DNA from: Octopus sinensis
Taxonomy: Eukaryota
DNA length: 64,000 nucleotides
Direction of reading: 5' to 3'
NCBI RefSeq assembly: GCF_006345805.1
Contig: NC_042998.1
Coordinates: 110,732,001-110,796,000 of the forward strand
The notes under the pieces were generated by a model. That model had not been told where the DNA came from. It ran no database searches and saw only the letters and a program-made list of their open reading frames with translations. The translations under genes were made by a program, and so were the position numbers. Position 1 is the first letter of the stretch, and each line of letters begins with the position of its first letter. Positions 13,941 to 28,787 of this stretch are shown here, piece by piece.

Positions 13941-14827
13941 GGTATTTATATTACCTACGTCTTTATGATATATAAGTACATTTGAGGCCAGAATAATTCC
14001 TATGCAGTTAAAATAACTGAGTCTTATATCTGAAGTCACTTGATTAATTATTGTCTAGTTTCTGAAACTGCAATCTAACAACGAAGAGTTGGGAGAGAAA
14101 GTAAGATGGAGAAAGAAAAACAGAAGGCAATTACCCCAATTTTTCAGGAAGCATCTTATTCCACTTTCCATCTATTTATGATCATTGCTTATAATAATTA
14201 TTTTCTGATACAGAAGTTTACAAGATCCATCATACCTACGGCTTCCTTTATTTAATTCGAATATATTTTCGACTGTGTAACAGTGGGTAAAATTTTAAAC
14301 TGCTACTTAATTATACCCCTAAATATACGAGAGCATCTGTGAGGGAGGCGAGAAATGACGAAAACTTGAATCTCATTGTGGAGTAACTGGATATGAGAAG
14401 TTAATCTGTCCAGTGTTTTCCGCAATATGCTGCCATTTGAAAGAGGCTATAGGTTGCAATAAATACATAACAAGAGACTTAATATATTCTGCAGAAGTTT
14501 TACAAATACAGTATAGTTAACGAATATTTCCTTCCATATTCTACAACGGATATTATACAAAACTGTCTATCTCTGCCTCCCGCGCTCTCTCCACCTCTCC
14601 TTGCTATCTCTATATCTTTCATTAACACTACATTGTGCGTAGAGAATCACACAAACAAGCATACTCACACTCACGCCACACACGCGCTTGCACACACACA
14701 CATTCAAATGCACATACACATATACACACACACACACATATATAGACATAACCAAACTTATAGGTTCTAACATATACGCATTCATGGAAATATACATACC
14801 TATGTGTGTGTATGCATGTAAGCATAC

Positions 14828-14834
14828 ATCTATG

Positions 14835-14870
<36 letters not shown>

Positions 14871-14871
14871 A

Positions 14872-14953
<82 letters not shown>

Positions 14954-14979
14954 GTATCTATCTATCTATCTATCTATCC

Positions 14980-15035
<56 letters not shown>

Positions 15036-15076
15036 CTCTATATATATATAGATAGATAGATAGATAGATAGATAGA
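14828..15076. repeat. (TATC)n array followed by inverted (GATA)n
   Basis: Visible directly in the sequence. Confidence 0.95.
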
Positions 15077-15728
15077 TGTATATATATATAGATATATATA
15101 GATATAGATATATACATATGTACATATATACATATATATATATATACACACAGAGAACTACACACATTATACACATACATATGTTTACATATGCACCCAC
15201 ATATGTTTACAAGTATGTACAAGCGCATGAACATTTCTATATGTATCTATGTATATGTATGTGTATAAGTATTTGTAGATTTAATTTCTTTCAACCCGGT
15301 GCCAATTTCCTAACATATATTCGACGTTGTAAACGTCATAGTATAATATCACAATATCAAAGAATTGGCAGAAAAAGACTACTGACACAATAAGAATGAA
15401 TGATTGTTGTCTTCAATGAGTACAGAAAAACCGATGCAATATTTTACAAATACTGATATATGTCAACAACACACATGACAACAGTAGTATATGAACTCAA
15501 GAAACCTGGCAGTTTGCTAAAAATTATTTGTATATCATATCAAGATCTTTGTGACACGATGTACAACGAAACATTACAACGTCACTCATCCTGCTAGAAA
15601 TGTATGCAATACGCCTTCAGATCACACACATATTCTCTTAAAGGACCAGATCTATCAACAATACAGCCTTATTCATTCTTAAAACACTTTAGCATGGCAT
15701 TTACCAGATGATTTATGAATTTAGTCGT

Positions 15729-15894
15729 AGGAGTGGCTGTGTGGTAAGTATCTTGTTTACCAACCACATGGTTCAGGGTTCAGTCCCACTGCGTGGGACT
15801 TTGGGCAAGTGTCTTCTACTATAGCCTCGGGCCAATCAAAGCCTTGTGAGTGGATTTGGTAGACGGAAACAGAAAGAAGCCCGTCGTATACATG

Positions 15895-15928
<34 letters not shown>

Positions 15929-15963
15929 ATATATATATAATATATATATATATATTATATATA

Positions 15964-16003
<40 letters not shown>

Positions 16004-16240
16004 TATATATACACATATATGTGTGTGCGTATATGTTTATGTGTCTGTGTTTGTTCCCTCAACATTGCTTGACAACACATGTTGTTGTGTTTACGACCCC
16101 GTAACTAAGCGGTTCGGCAAAAGAGACCTATAGAATAAGTACTAGGCTTACAAAGAACAGGTCGAGATTTGATCCACTAAAAGCGGTGCTCCAGCATCGC
16201 CACAGTCAAATGACTGAAACAAGTAAAAGCGTAAAGCGTA
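15729..16240 (+). mobile_element. tRNA-derived SINE, family A, full length with internal (TA)n
   Basis: A/B-box head, body GAAGCCCGTCGTATA followed by (TA)n, and 3' part ...GGCGGTGCTCCAGCAT.GCC.CAGTCAAATGACTGAAACAAGTAAAAG. Confidence 0.9.
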
Positions 16241-17674
16241 TTAGGGAAACGCTTGAACTAGAGCACAATAATAACAAGATATATGCATACATTTCGACAC
16301 ACGCGCGCGCAGCACACACATTATAATGTACTGGATAGTTTGATTTATAGCATTTCGCTAAATAAGAGTTTTACATGCTTGTGAATAACACGAGGCTGAT
16401 CTTTCAGATTTGAATCTTCTTTGGTAGCAGCATACGGTTCTACACAACAGATCAGTAGTTTTGTTATTTGATTAATCTAATGACACCTGATCAATAATCA
16501 AGGTGGCTTCTACGACTGCTTTACCGACACGATACATTAAATAACGGAATGTTGTAAGATGGTTTCGGTCAACACCTGAAACACCTGAAGATATATCTAT
16601 ACACACATTCAGACGCGGACATGCACACGCATACACTCACACACACGCACGCTCGCGCGCACGCACACACTCACGCGCAAATTTATTTCTTTTTGAAGAT
16701 GAGCGTATCACCCCACACAATAACAACATCACCCCTTAAAGATATAGCCGAGTGTCTAGAGAGATAATTGCGAACCGCTTTCCTTTATATTATATATTCT
16801 GTGTAAGCTAGCAAGAGAGAAAACTCAATATTTATAGCTATGTTGTTTTTGCAACTTACGAAAGAGAGCGACGATCGCATGGAGGAAGTTGTTTATTAAC
16901 ACTAGCTTGGTAACTTGTAAACATTTCTGTTCTATCAGCTAGACAAGCTCAACAGAAATTAAATGCCCATTTAATGGTTCCTACATTTGGAAAAAATATT
17001 GTAATCGCAGATTATTTACGTGTATACAAACATATGGCAAACAAAATATATTTATATAATATGTAAAATATATTTTATCTTGCGACAAAAACAAGTTTAC
17101 TTTCTCTTCCTATATTTTCTCTCAATTTTTCCCATTGTTTTGTACTGTCTATTATTTTCTCATATAGATTTCTAATAGTACATTTCTTTTAGTTAAAGAA
17201 ATACACAGACTTGTGATTTTCCAATCTTTGACCTCGAAGCATTAAAAGCACGATTTTATCGATTCCTTTGTTGGAGTTTTTCTCTTTTCCTCCTTACTCC
17301 ATATATTTTTGTATGTACACGTCTGTGTAGATGTATGTAGGTAAGGTCAACAAATATAGCCACAGACAAAAGCAATATGATTCCCCTGCACAATTTGAAC
17401 CACGGAAGTGTCGTTAAACGGTAACCAGGATATCAATTCCGCCAAATATTTTTTAAACTGAGCTAACCTCTAGAAATAGTAAATATAAACGTTTGTTCTC
17501 TTTGACTCAAGAAGTAGCAAATATAAATGTTTATTGTCCTTTAAACTTTGGACAACCTGACCTCTCTCTCAAATTCCATAAGAACTGCTAATAATATAGC
17601 TGCTATTTAGTTATAAGCAAATGGGTTGCACTACTCACCCTGTATATAGGTGTATGTGTGTGTATATGTATGTG

Positions 17675-17850
17675 TGTCTGTGTCTGTAACCCCCACAATC
17701 GCTTGACAACCGATGTTAGTGTTTACATTACCGTAACTTAGAAGTTCGGCAAAAGAAACCGATAGAAGAGGTACTAGCTTTACAAAGAATAAGTTTTGGG
17801 GTCGAATTGTTCGATTAAAGGCGGTGCTCCAGTATGGTCGCAGTCAAAAG
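17675..17850 (+). mobile_element. SINE family A, 3' half
   Basis: Matches 16040-16215 (CGTAACTTAG..GTTCGGCAAAAGA.ACCGATAGAA...AAAGGCGGTGCTCCAG). Confidence 0.8.
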
Positions 17851-18399
17851 AATCATCTGCTATACATACTATATATCTCAGCAATGTGGGCCGTTGGCGA
17901 TTTCTTTTTCCTTGGGATTTTCCCTTTCTCCTTTCCCACGAAGAGTTATGCTCGAAAACTCTCTCCTTTAGACTCTCTCCTTTCACTGGGCGTCAAGTTA
18001 ATACACTTCTTGTGCATGCCCACGCGTTCACTGTTCCTTTCGTTGTTGCTATTTTTTCGATTTCCATTCGTTCATTTGAATTTTTTATGTGAATTGACTA
18101 TATATAACCGTCACTTATTTTAGCCACTGTACCGCAACCGCTCTAATGGAATATCAAGGAAGCTAACTCCAGTGTGCATTTCTTTCTTTAATCCTATTCT
18201 ATCAGTCACCCATACTTAGATGTCAAGCTGTGCGGACATAAAAAAAAACAATCCTGGCCCTCTAGCCGTGGTGGAGGCAAACACATACACAAAGACACAC
18301 ACACATACACATACACCACACATTTGTATATGTGCATAAAAGTACATTGAAAACAAATATACATATACGTAGATATTTCATATTCCTAGGAACAACCTC

Positions 18400-18935
18400 C
18401 TACATTCGGCCAAACGATACCTCCTAATTATACATCAATCCTCAAATCACCGAGGAATAATTAGAAAACCACAAACCATCAACAGCCGAAGACAGCCAGC
18501 AAAGTCTTGAGAGACTCCTAACAAAGGCGAGAAAGAAATAATGTTGGTAACAAACTGTGGTGGTCCTCATTGTGTGACATGTGAAATAACTGAACAAGGA
18601 ACAGACAAAAGCTTCAAGAATGGGAAGGAATTGAAAGTGAGTACAAACATGAATTGCAAATCAAAAAAATATTATCAGTTGCATCATTGCCCACAATGCA
18701 CGGAAATTACATTAAGGAAACGGGAACAGAACTAACCAGCCGTGTAAACTTGTATGAACATCAAATTAAAGACTCATCTCTTCAAAAATGCTCTTTGTAG
18801 CAAACATGTAGACATTTGTGCAAATGAAATGTTTTAAATATTCCCCTTTTACAAAATAAGATGAAAATGTTCTACTACGAAAGGCAAAAGAGAAAACCTT
18901 ATAAAAATTCTGCATCCGAAGCTAAACCGGAGATT
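18400..18935 (+). mobile_element. Penelope-like element GIY-YIG endonuclease remnant
   Basis: CGGPHCVTCEI...MNCKSKK followed by frameshifted C..C...YIKETG..L..R, 'SKHVDIC' and 'FPFYK...IKILHPKLN', the typical PLE zinc-finger plus GIY-YIG C-terminus. Confidence 0.8.
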
Positions 18936-19139
18936 GATAACACAATTCCCAAAGCAACTTACATTATTAGCCCAGAACACAGGTATATGAATAGTTGAAC
19001 AACGAAAACGCTTACACACAAAATGCACACTATAACAAACTTCTTCCACAAGGAACAATGACATTCTATTAAATAAAAATTGTTTTTTAAATAATTGCTC
19101 TTTTACTCTTATACACATTTTAGTCATTTGATAGTGGCA

Positions 19140-19235
19140 TGTTGAGCAAGTGTTTTCTACTATAGCCTCTCGGGTTGACCAGGAACTTGTGTGTGTATTT
19201 GGTAGGCTGAAACTTAAAGAAGTCTGTCGTATATG
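19140..19235 (+). mobile_element. SINE family A fragment
   Basis: GAGCAAGTGTTTTCTACTATAGCCTC...AAAGAAGTCTGTCGTATAT matches the family A body. Confidence 0.7.
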
Positions 19236-19293
19236 TCCCTCTTTTTTATCATCTGTGTGGATGTTTTGTGTCCTTGTCCCATATTTTGTGTTC

Positions 19294-19341
<48 letters not shown>

Positions 19342-19689
19342 CGGTGTACGTGCACTTTGGTCTCTTATATATAAGTACATATATATAAATACAAAATGGC
19401 TGACCGTTAGTAAGGAGAGACACACAAATAAGAAAAAAGAAAGCAAAGGACCACTGATGAGGTCACAGAAGTGTGACGCAAGAACTCTGGCCGAAATAAG
19501 ATTAAGATTATTGTAAAAAGTATATAACGCTGAAGCAAAGAAATCTAAATATATACTGCGTGTGTTTTTATTGGCTAAACTGGCAAAATGACCATTCCTA
19601 AATACAACAATATCTGTTTCAACACACGATTTTACGTAAAAAATATTGCAAAACAAATATATAAACGTATATATATATATATAAACTTC

Positions 19690-20190
19690 ATCATTCCTCT
19701 TTCTTCTTCATTTGTACGGCCACACCACGAATACTGCCTCCCCCTGTGGTCTCCCCATACAACAAAACATCTCGAAAATTGAATCACCCCAGAGGTCATT
19801 CACTAAAAGAATTAATGGCATGACCGATCTCGATTAATGGGACCACCTTAAATAATTGAAACTCTATTCTCTCCAGCCACGTTTTGACTGATACATCATT
19901 TGCACGATATGGAGAATATACCACCAGCATTGCCCAAACAACCTCAACATTAGCTTCAATTCAGGATCACAACACATAAATACACTGCAACACAATTTCT
20001 TTTCCTCATCAGCTCCTGTCCTATTTGACATTATCTCGAAACAAATGGAAAAGGAAAAGGATTCCATTACCTTTAGTCGGAATCTGAGGAAAACTAGATT
20101 AGCCACTTATACCTGACTACAAGCCACTCAAAAAGAACTTCCTACTCAAATGGACCATAGTAAAACAAGACTTGACTTTAAAAAGATTTA
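19690..20190 (+). mobile_element. CR1-type LINE RT C-terminal remnant
   Basis: FVRPHHEYCLPLWSPH, then 'ES.QRSFTKRINGM..L..W..LK.LKLYSLQ', the classic CR1/Jockey-group RT thumb region. Confidence 0.8.
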
Positions 20191-20386
20191 GCTAATCCTA
20201 TCAGGTAGTGCTATTAAGTTAGACATGACCTGGACCAATCCTTGGTCGGAACGTATTCGAGTTATCTAAGTTATCTAAGTTAATGTGGTGTTTAGCACTC
20301 ATTCCAACGTTCTACTTTTACTTTCATATATATATATATATATATTTATATGTGTGTGTGTGTGTGTGTATGTATGCATGTATATA

Positions 20387-20449
<63 letters not shown>

Positions 20450-21154
20450 ATTTATATAAGTATATATATATATATATACATATATGTATGTTTGTATGTA
20501 TGTATGAAGTATATATATTTATGCAAAACAACGGTTCTTTTCAACATGTCTTATGGACAAGATCACTTTTTTAACTTTCACTATTTTTGAGAACATTTTT
20601 TAGCCTTATTTTCGCATGATTACCTGACTGATTAGAAGTAGCAAGATGCTAAATATATCAATATAATCAAAGTTTTTATACATTTACTGTGTCACATTGA
20701 CGATTAAGTTGCTTCTGCGTGTATAACTGCAGCAGTGCTATATTGATTGCAGTCAATTGTTCAGATATTCAGTTGTTTCTCACAGTTTTTAATACACAAC
20801 TTTTGGATATGTAAGTTATTAGTAACACGTTTATCTCTTTTGCGTCACGTTATTGTTGCCTAGAAGAATCAGTCAGAACACAGCGTGTGTGTGTGTGTGT
20901 GTGTGTGTGCCTGCGCACGTGTGTGTGTGTGTGTGCCCGCGCACGTGTGTGTGTGTGTGTGTGCCCGCGCACGTGTGTGTGTGTTTGCGTGTGTAGTACG
21001 CGTTCGGGTGATCTGATGAGCTAGCTTACTTAATTTGCATTGGCTTGTAGATATACAATTTTATAGTATGATGTAAAACAATCTTAAGGCTGTCAAGTGG
21101 TTAAATAAATATATAATCTCTCATACTCTTGAATTTTTATGGTTCTTATAAGTA

Positions 21155-21262
21155 TATAGGCGCAGGTGTTCCAAACCTCATATTTCCGGGTCCAATCCCA
21201 CTATGCGGCATTTTGGGAAAGTAAGTCCTACTATAGCCTCGGGTTGACTAGATGCTTTGTGT
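21155..21262 (+). mobile_element. SINE family A 5' fragment
   Basis: GGTCCAATCCCACTATGCGGCATTTTGGGAAAGT...CTACTATAGCCTCGGGTTGAC matches the family A head and body. Confidence 0.65.
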
Positions 21263-21950
21263 ATATGTGAGTATATATGCACACATATGTGCACACACGC
21301 ACACACACAATACGTCCGTTCCCCAGTAAAAAATCACACACACACTCAAAAGAAAAACGCACACATATACACACAATACAATCCCAACAATATCTACAAA
21401 CACATATACACACAAGCATGCACACACACAATGACACACACCTCCCCGACAAATACAAGACACATAGTCACACGCACACAAACACACCCACGCGTATACA
21501 CATACACTGCACTAACAATACAAACAAAACAAATCACTCACAAATACAGCACACACACATGTTCACACACACAAACACCACAAGGACAACTAAAATAACA
21601 CAGACATACTCAGACACACATACTTACGTACACACACATAACATTCTCACCAATACCAAACACACAAACATACACACGCACACACAGACGCACACATACG
21701 GTAGCTCACACACATACACACACCACAAGGACAATTAAAGCAACACAAACATACTCAGACAGACACACACACACGCACTCACGTATAAACACATAATATC
21801 CCCACCAACACAAAACACACAAACATACACACGCACCCACAGATGCAACATACACACACGTGAACAAACGCATACGCACACATCCGTACACACAACACCC
21901 TAACAAATATTAATCACATACAAACGTGCACACATATACACACACTACCC
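21260..21950. repeat. CA-rich degenerate tandem region with ~145-bp duplicated unit
   Basis: CACCACAAGGACAA(C/T)TAAA..AACACA.ACATACTCAGAC occurs at about 21575 and 21720. Confidence 0.7.
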
Positions 21951-22668
21951 TACGTTTTTGTTGAATATTTTCTTAAATACTTTCTTTTAAACTGTTTTTA
22001 GCATCTTATATTATTATCAAAGAATGTATATATGTATTTTAATACTTTTGTAACAATCACTACTTCACACAACAGAGCTTATAAAAAGTTTTGCATTTTA
22101 CTTTTGACAATCTTTCTCTAAAAAAATTAAACCGGTCAAGTGAATAAACATTTTTAAAGTTGCATTTTCAAACCTACTTTCATATATATATATATATATA
22201 TATTATTACATATATATATATATAATGTATAACAGCATGGTGGACAATATCGGTCGTGTGATTAGGGGAGGTAGGAAACGATGATAGATGTGGGGGTATA
22301 TAGGAGAGAGGGCTTGGATTTTTATTCAGTCTCGAAGTTGACAGATATGTAGTGGTAAGCCGAGAAAAGAAATCTCAAGTGCGACACTTTTATTGATGTT
22401 CTGGAAGAGACCCAGAACGATGGGTCAAATCATGTCTCGTACTCAATAAAGTCTACTATACATTCCATCTACTATCCTATTAATACTACTACTCCAACCG
22501 CCACTGCGAAGTTCCAGGAGTAAATCTATGGATAACAGCAGGTAACTGAGACTGTGCCGGTACTTTACTCATCATCTATTCACACATTTTGTATAATTTT
22601 TCCATTACAATATATGTGTTTATGTGCGTGTGTGTATGTATGTGTGAGTATGTATGGATGTATAAATG

Positions 22669-23530
22669 CGAGGAGTACCCAAAAGAAACCGGAATTTTGT
22701 AATATTATTTATTCACTTCGCTTTACATGTTTACACTTTTATCGCCTTCAAATTATTCTCCATTTGAAGCAACGCACCACTTTCCACTGTTTGAAGCAGT
22801 GCTAGAACCCTTGCGAAGTGATGCCTTTTAAAGGCTCCGTCGTTTTTATTCTTTACCTCTTCTACATCTGCAAATTCCGTAGCACCAGCTTTCGTCACTT
22901 GTGATGACCTTCGTAAAAAGGTCCGGATCAATTTCTAACTGTTCATTTAGTTCTCGATACGCATTTAATCGTGACTGCTTTTGATCTTCCATGAGCAACC
23001 AAAGAACAAATTTTGCTACGAATTTTTCATTCGGAATTCGTCTCTAAAGATTTCTTGCAGGACCTCCAAGACACATCAGTCATATCAATAAGTTCACCAA
23101 TTTTTCGGTGATGGTCCTCAAGATCAGTTCATGAATTTTTATGTTATTTCCATTCGTTCGGGAGGGAGGGCTAGGATTGCCGTGACGTGGTCTTCAAGCG
23201 ACAAGTGACCATCCCTAAAGCGTAAAAAACACTTGGAAACTAGTGTTTTGCTCATGGAAGCGTCCGCGTAAGCTGTTCAAAGTATGAGAACTGTTTAGGC
23301 TGCTGTTTTCCCCAGCATAAAACAGACTTTCAAAGAAACATGCTGTTCCTTCGTTTTAGCCACCGCAAAAGTCGACGGACAGAAGAAAAGCACTACAAAA
23401 TAAAAAAGCACCATGTGACAGCACGATCCAACAAGATGAGGCGGGTCGGCAGACCGATCCCTGAGGAAGCCTGAACTCCACCGGGCTTATCCCTAGAAAC
23501 TGTTTCCGGTTACTTCTGGAGCCATACTCC
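22669..23530 (-). mobile_element. Mariner element (deleted) with TIRs
   Basis: The ends GAGGAGTACCCAAAAGAAACCGGAA and TTCCGGTTACTTCTGGAGCCATACTC are inverted. The minus strand gives HTH and 'KFVLWLLMEDQKQSRL..REL.EQLEIDPD' transposase relics. Confidence 0.85.
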
Positions 23531-23839
23531 CTAATATTATTATTATAATTATTATATTGATAGCTTACGTTTTATTGAATGTATTTAATCTCAATTCCGT
23601 ATGTTATGGAACTTAGAGGTATGATGGAACCACTATTTTGGAATTCATCTTTGAAGGATATTCCAATACCCTCTAGGAAAGATTTATGTATTGTTTTATG
23701 TCTATCACTGTTTGAGTTGCCTAATAGTGGTTTTATCTCTAATTCATATTTTTTATATTTATACTGTGAAATTTGATTCAATACTAAATCTAATTTTTCC
23801 CTGTAAGTTTGGAGCCATACTCCCTAATATTATTATCTT

Positions 23840-23907
<68 letters not shown>

Positions 23908-24099
23908 TGTGTGTGTGTTTGTGTGTATGTGTGTATGTATGCATGTATGTATATTTTACTACGAACTTAAGAAATTTAATTTTCATTTATTTATCATTAT
24001 TACTCTACTAAAATGTATTTATTTATTTATTATATTAAATCTTATCGCAGTCAAATTTGTCTTCAACGTTTTTCATCTTTCGTCATTGAAGATATTAAA

Positions 24100-27000
24100 A
24101 GCTTTTTGGTTTTCCTTTGAGATTTCGTATTAGCATGAATTATCTCGGATGTATATCTTTTATAATACTGCAAATGTAGAGCAGTGTATCCAGTATATAT
24201 TGATAAATACAACTTCATACGAATCATATAGCACTAGAAATCATATAAATATACAAATATACGGAACTCTCTTGAAAGCCAAATTATTTTTTAAATATAC
24301 GTTTTTATATAACTGTATTGGTGTTGTATTGAAAAAAAACTATACTGTTTCTTTCGATGTATGCAATTTTCCAAAACTATTTAATTTACTACTTATAAAA
24401 AAAGATTCGTATTTTAGAATTTCAGTTTGGCTGAAGGTTGTATTAGACCCATCTAGTACATTTCTATTTTAGGAAGAATCACAAAATTACGCAAACTCGT
24501 ATTAGACAAAGCAGTGTAGATGATTTGTCTAGAGACTCAAAATGTGTTTACTCATCCTGATATAAATTGTACAACCAAATCACTCTCTAAGTTTATTTAC
24601 TCAAATGGTGCTGACTTGGAGCAAATAGTACCAGTAACCATACCTTAACAACTGTCTTTCACTGATTGATCACCACGTTACAGCATAATCTTTACTTATC
24701 GCATTTATCGGTAGAAACGCTTTCGTTAAAAGTATTAAGATGAAATGACGTATAAGTCATGAATTACCCACACATATTATCAAGAATGTACACGAGATCA
24801 CAAATTCATGTTGCTGACAATTTACTATGCCAGAATTGCTATTCATGAGAATCGAAATTTTTATTTCAGTTGTCCAAGGTAAACGTGCCAAGATGTTTGA
24901 GATTGCTCATTTCGGGCAGAAGCTTATTACTGATGTTTGTTTAATTATTCACGAGGTAATAAATGTTAAACACTAAATGCCTGTAGCAGATGACCATGAT
25001 TGACAATGTAGCTTTCAATAAATGTAGTTTTCAATAAACCGTTGTTGATATGCTGATGGAAATATATTTTCTGTTTAAGTTATTCATTCCACTTTTGTTT
25101 TTGTAAAATAACACTTGGAAAGTATATTCTCACTCTTGTGAATATATCTTTGCATCTCAATAAAACGTGATAGATTCAATTTCACACAAACAGGGTGGAA
25201 GCTGTCAGTGTATTAAATATATTATGGAGAGGTAGGGTAACTACTTTGTTTATGCAATATTTAAATTAATTGGTGTTACGCATAATTGCCTGATTTCTAT
25301 ACAAGGCATGTAGTTTTTGTCCTTTCCTTAGTGTCCACAAAGGGCATTTTTATATAATATGAAAGCTAACTGATACTAGTATACTATTTACATTTTATCT
25401 ATGTATAGCTCTACTCTTCCCAATTTTGTTGTTCAATCTGAGAACTTTTCTAATCTTTTGGAGTCATAGTATATTTCATTTGTTAGTACCATTACAAATA
25501 GATGCGATATCAGAGATATAAAATGTCTTCTACGTCAGCTGCGATTCAATTTTCTTGAGACAACTGTTTACGTCGAACACTGTTCTTGTGTTATATTAAA
25601 CAATATTATATCATTTGTTTTATATTCTTCTTTGATATTTTTGGTAGTTGCTATTGTCATTAAATTACAGGTAAACGCCCGTTGCTCCTAGACATTGTTC
25701 GAAAGATATATTAACCATACTTGTGTTATATTATGCTATTGCTCTATGCTGTTTTAGGGTTATATTGAGATTTGTGATATCCTTTCTGTCATACCGTTCA
25801 TATTTCAAATTTTCTTTAGTGCCTATTTTAATTCACTCTTGTTAAGAAAGCAATGAAATGTAATATTACTTTTGAACAGATTTCATACTACGTTGACAAC
25901 ATAAAATATATATACTTCTACTCTGAATATTAGAATCGCATAAGTTACTTATCCTTGTGAGTGGACATAGATTTTAGGTAATGGGATAGGGTTTATTTCC
26001 TAAGAATTTCATTTTCTTGTGGCAAACGTCTTTTAGATAAACATTATTAATGAAGTGGACAGTTCCAGCTTGATGTTATCAAGGTTTGATGTTAAATTTC
26101 TTGACATAATAGAAATAGCGGGTCTTGCATTTTACAGTTCTGAGAACATATGATTGACAATTACCTTTAAATTATTGAAACGTAAAATTGAAACGTGGAT
26201 TGATTGCAATATCCCTCCCGTTATCGAATTGTATATGATGATATGGAGTTTATACTGTTCAGAAATACTGTAACATATCGATGGTACTTCCATTGAGTGA
26301 ATTATCACCTACAAAAGTGAAGAGAAGTTGTTTATATGTTCTAAAACTTAAACAACTTAATGGTGCTTCCAGAGAACTCATATAAGATCTAGAAACATGA
26401 AGTAAATTGTTGAAGTTTGCTTTTCATATCTCATATCTATGTTTTCAAAATGTTCCATTCAGACATTTAACTACTACAGGATGAAATAGAGAATCTATTA
26501 TCATTTATTCATCTTGCTGATATATTTCATCATAGGTGATGCACTATATCAATATAATCATTATGTTGTCAGCAAACATTGTTCTTTCTTTCAAAGTTTT
26601 GTCATTTTGCAATGGTATTCTGACAGCTGATAACACCTAGTTTCTGGAAAGCTGACAAATGATTTTTACTACAGTCAATGTTTATTACTTGACAAGGCTC
26701 GAATAAAATGTTACGGGTAGCTGTACAAAATGTTTTGCTGGCATACAGTGTACATCTAGTAATAGTTGATGAAAAGCAAATCACAAGGTAGCATGATTGG
26801 ACCTACAAGTGACAAATATCCGACGTATTGCATATGTGTTACATATGTTTTCATAAATCTGTTGTAACTTGTCATATTTTCATGAGCTATCTGTTTTAAT
26901 TGTCTGAAATATTTTCTCCTTGCCATTTCATCAAATCTAACAACAGTGATTGCATATTTAAGATAATGCATTTCTTTCATCTGTTATAATACCCAACAGA

Positions 27001-27900
27001 TGACCGGCTGCTAAGCACTTCAGTAAAATGTTTTAGGAAAGGAAATTCCGGTAAACAAAAGGGAGAATATAGTGGAAGTGTTTCCATCAAACCAATAATG
27101 GCTCAATTTTAAAATCTATGCATATGTTATATATGGTTACAACTATGTAAGTATATGATGTTCTCTACGGCTTGTTATAATTTGGTTCACAATTAACCTC
27201 CACGAAATAGAGACTTTTATCGAATATATTCCAGTAGTAAGGTGTTATTTATTTTAATAACAAACCGAAGAAAGTAATATCCGGAAAATTTCGTATGATG
27301 AGGCACGCATTTAGTACCCGAAAGAGTAATATTCATTATTTTCATAAATACTGCCTGCATTATGTTCCGCCCTATTTATAGAATCTTCTGTATGAGTAAG
27401 AAATCCTTTTATTCTAGTTGATATGTCATTTATTTATCTTGTCCAATCCTTCCAGTTCAGGGGTAAATGTAGTTTGTTTATTTTGCAGCTACTCTTTTAC
27501 CACATGATAAAAGAATATTAGTTTCTTTTCAATAGGCGCAAAACATCTATTTATTTAGAGAAAAGGAAAGACGAGATTGTGATGTTTCTGCCCTTTCCTA
27601 AATCGGTACTATTGTAATAAAATAGGAGCTTCAACAAACAATATTGATTTTATTACATTTGCAAAGAAAGTTATTGTTGTAGGTAGAGGCGTGTAATATA
27701 TTGAATCGATTTTTCGGCACTTCGTTTATCGAATTTGTAGAGATTAAATGCAACGTTGACTGTAGTATTTGTACTCACGGGCCAGAAAGCAGATAGCATG
27801 AATCAACACGCCCGTTGTTCTATCGTATCTTTCCAGAAACTATATATGCAACTGAAAAAGTTCCGTTTCAATATTTTGAAACAACTGCAAAATGTCCTCT
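24100..27900 (-). pseudogene. Decayed GPCR-like relic 2: long Cys-containing ectodomain plus class A-like 7TM
   Basis: 7TM-like pieces ICDLVYILDNMC..SFHLNTFNESVSTDK, KVWLLVLFAP, FVILP and ILDTLLYICS lie at 24.1-24.8 kb. Upstream are GYYFLRFVIKINN, PVVVKCLNGTF, LCPLTRI and KCPLW. Many stops. Confidence 0.45.
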
Positions 27901-28609
27901 AGGTATTCCAATAATAATTTAGAATTCATTTGATTGATTGAATTCTTGTGAATCAACTAAGTTGTATTTGATACTGCTTGTTTCAGGCATTAGACTACGG
28001 CCATGGCGGAGCAGCAACTCGAAGGGTTGTAGCTGTTTAAAGCTCCCTTGGTAGTTTATCAAGATGCAGCTTATTCTATCGGGTATATTTACACTGGTTA
28101 TCAAGCGGTGAGAGAGAAGAAATAAACAAACACTCACGAAAACTCACGCAATACATCGCAAGCTCGCACAAATATAAACATGTACACAATCAAACCCTAA
28201 ACACACATACGTTTGTGTGTGTGAGTGCGTGCATGTTTGTGTGTGTGTTTGTGCGCACGCGCTTGCGTGTGTGTTTGCCTCGTGCTTTCTTGGCTTCCGC
28301 CAATTAAATTATCTCTCATATATCAATCAGATCGGATCTAAATACTAGATAGCTTCTCGAATTGCCGAACAGGACTGAACTCACAAGCATGCGATCATGA
28401 GGTCAATAAATTCTGAACACTTTTGTTCAGATAGAAGTAGGAAGAGAGGGAAAATAGTTTTGTTTCTCCAGATGTAAGTTCCAAAAATCGTAAATTATCC
28501 CTACAATAGCGTTGGAAAATATTCAGTACTATATAGATCTACATTTACTCTTGTCCACAAGTAAATGATGAATTTAATATCTTTATCGCCTAATAATCTT
28601 AGCTTAGCC

Positions 28610-28756
28610 TCATACATACATACATACATACAAAAATATCCTGTTCTTGTCGTTGAAATTTCAATGAAGGAACCTTAGGTTTAGGTTAGAAACTGGCTCT
28701 TTCTCTATTTGCAAGAAATCTTGAAATAAAACTGAACAATGACATACATACATACA

Positions 28757-28787
<31 letters not shown>

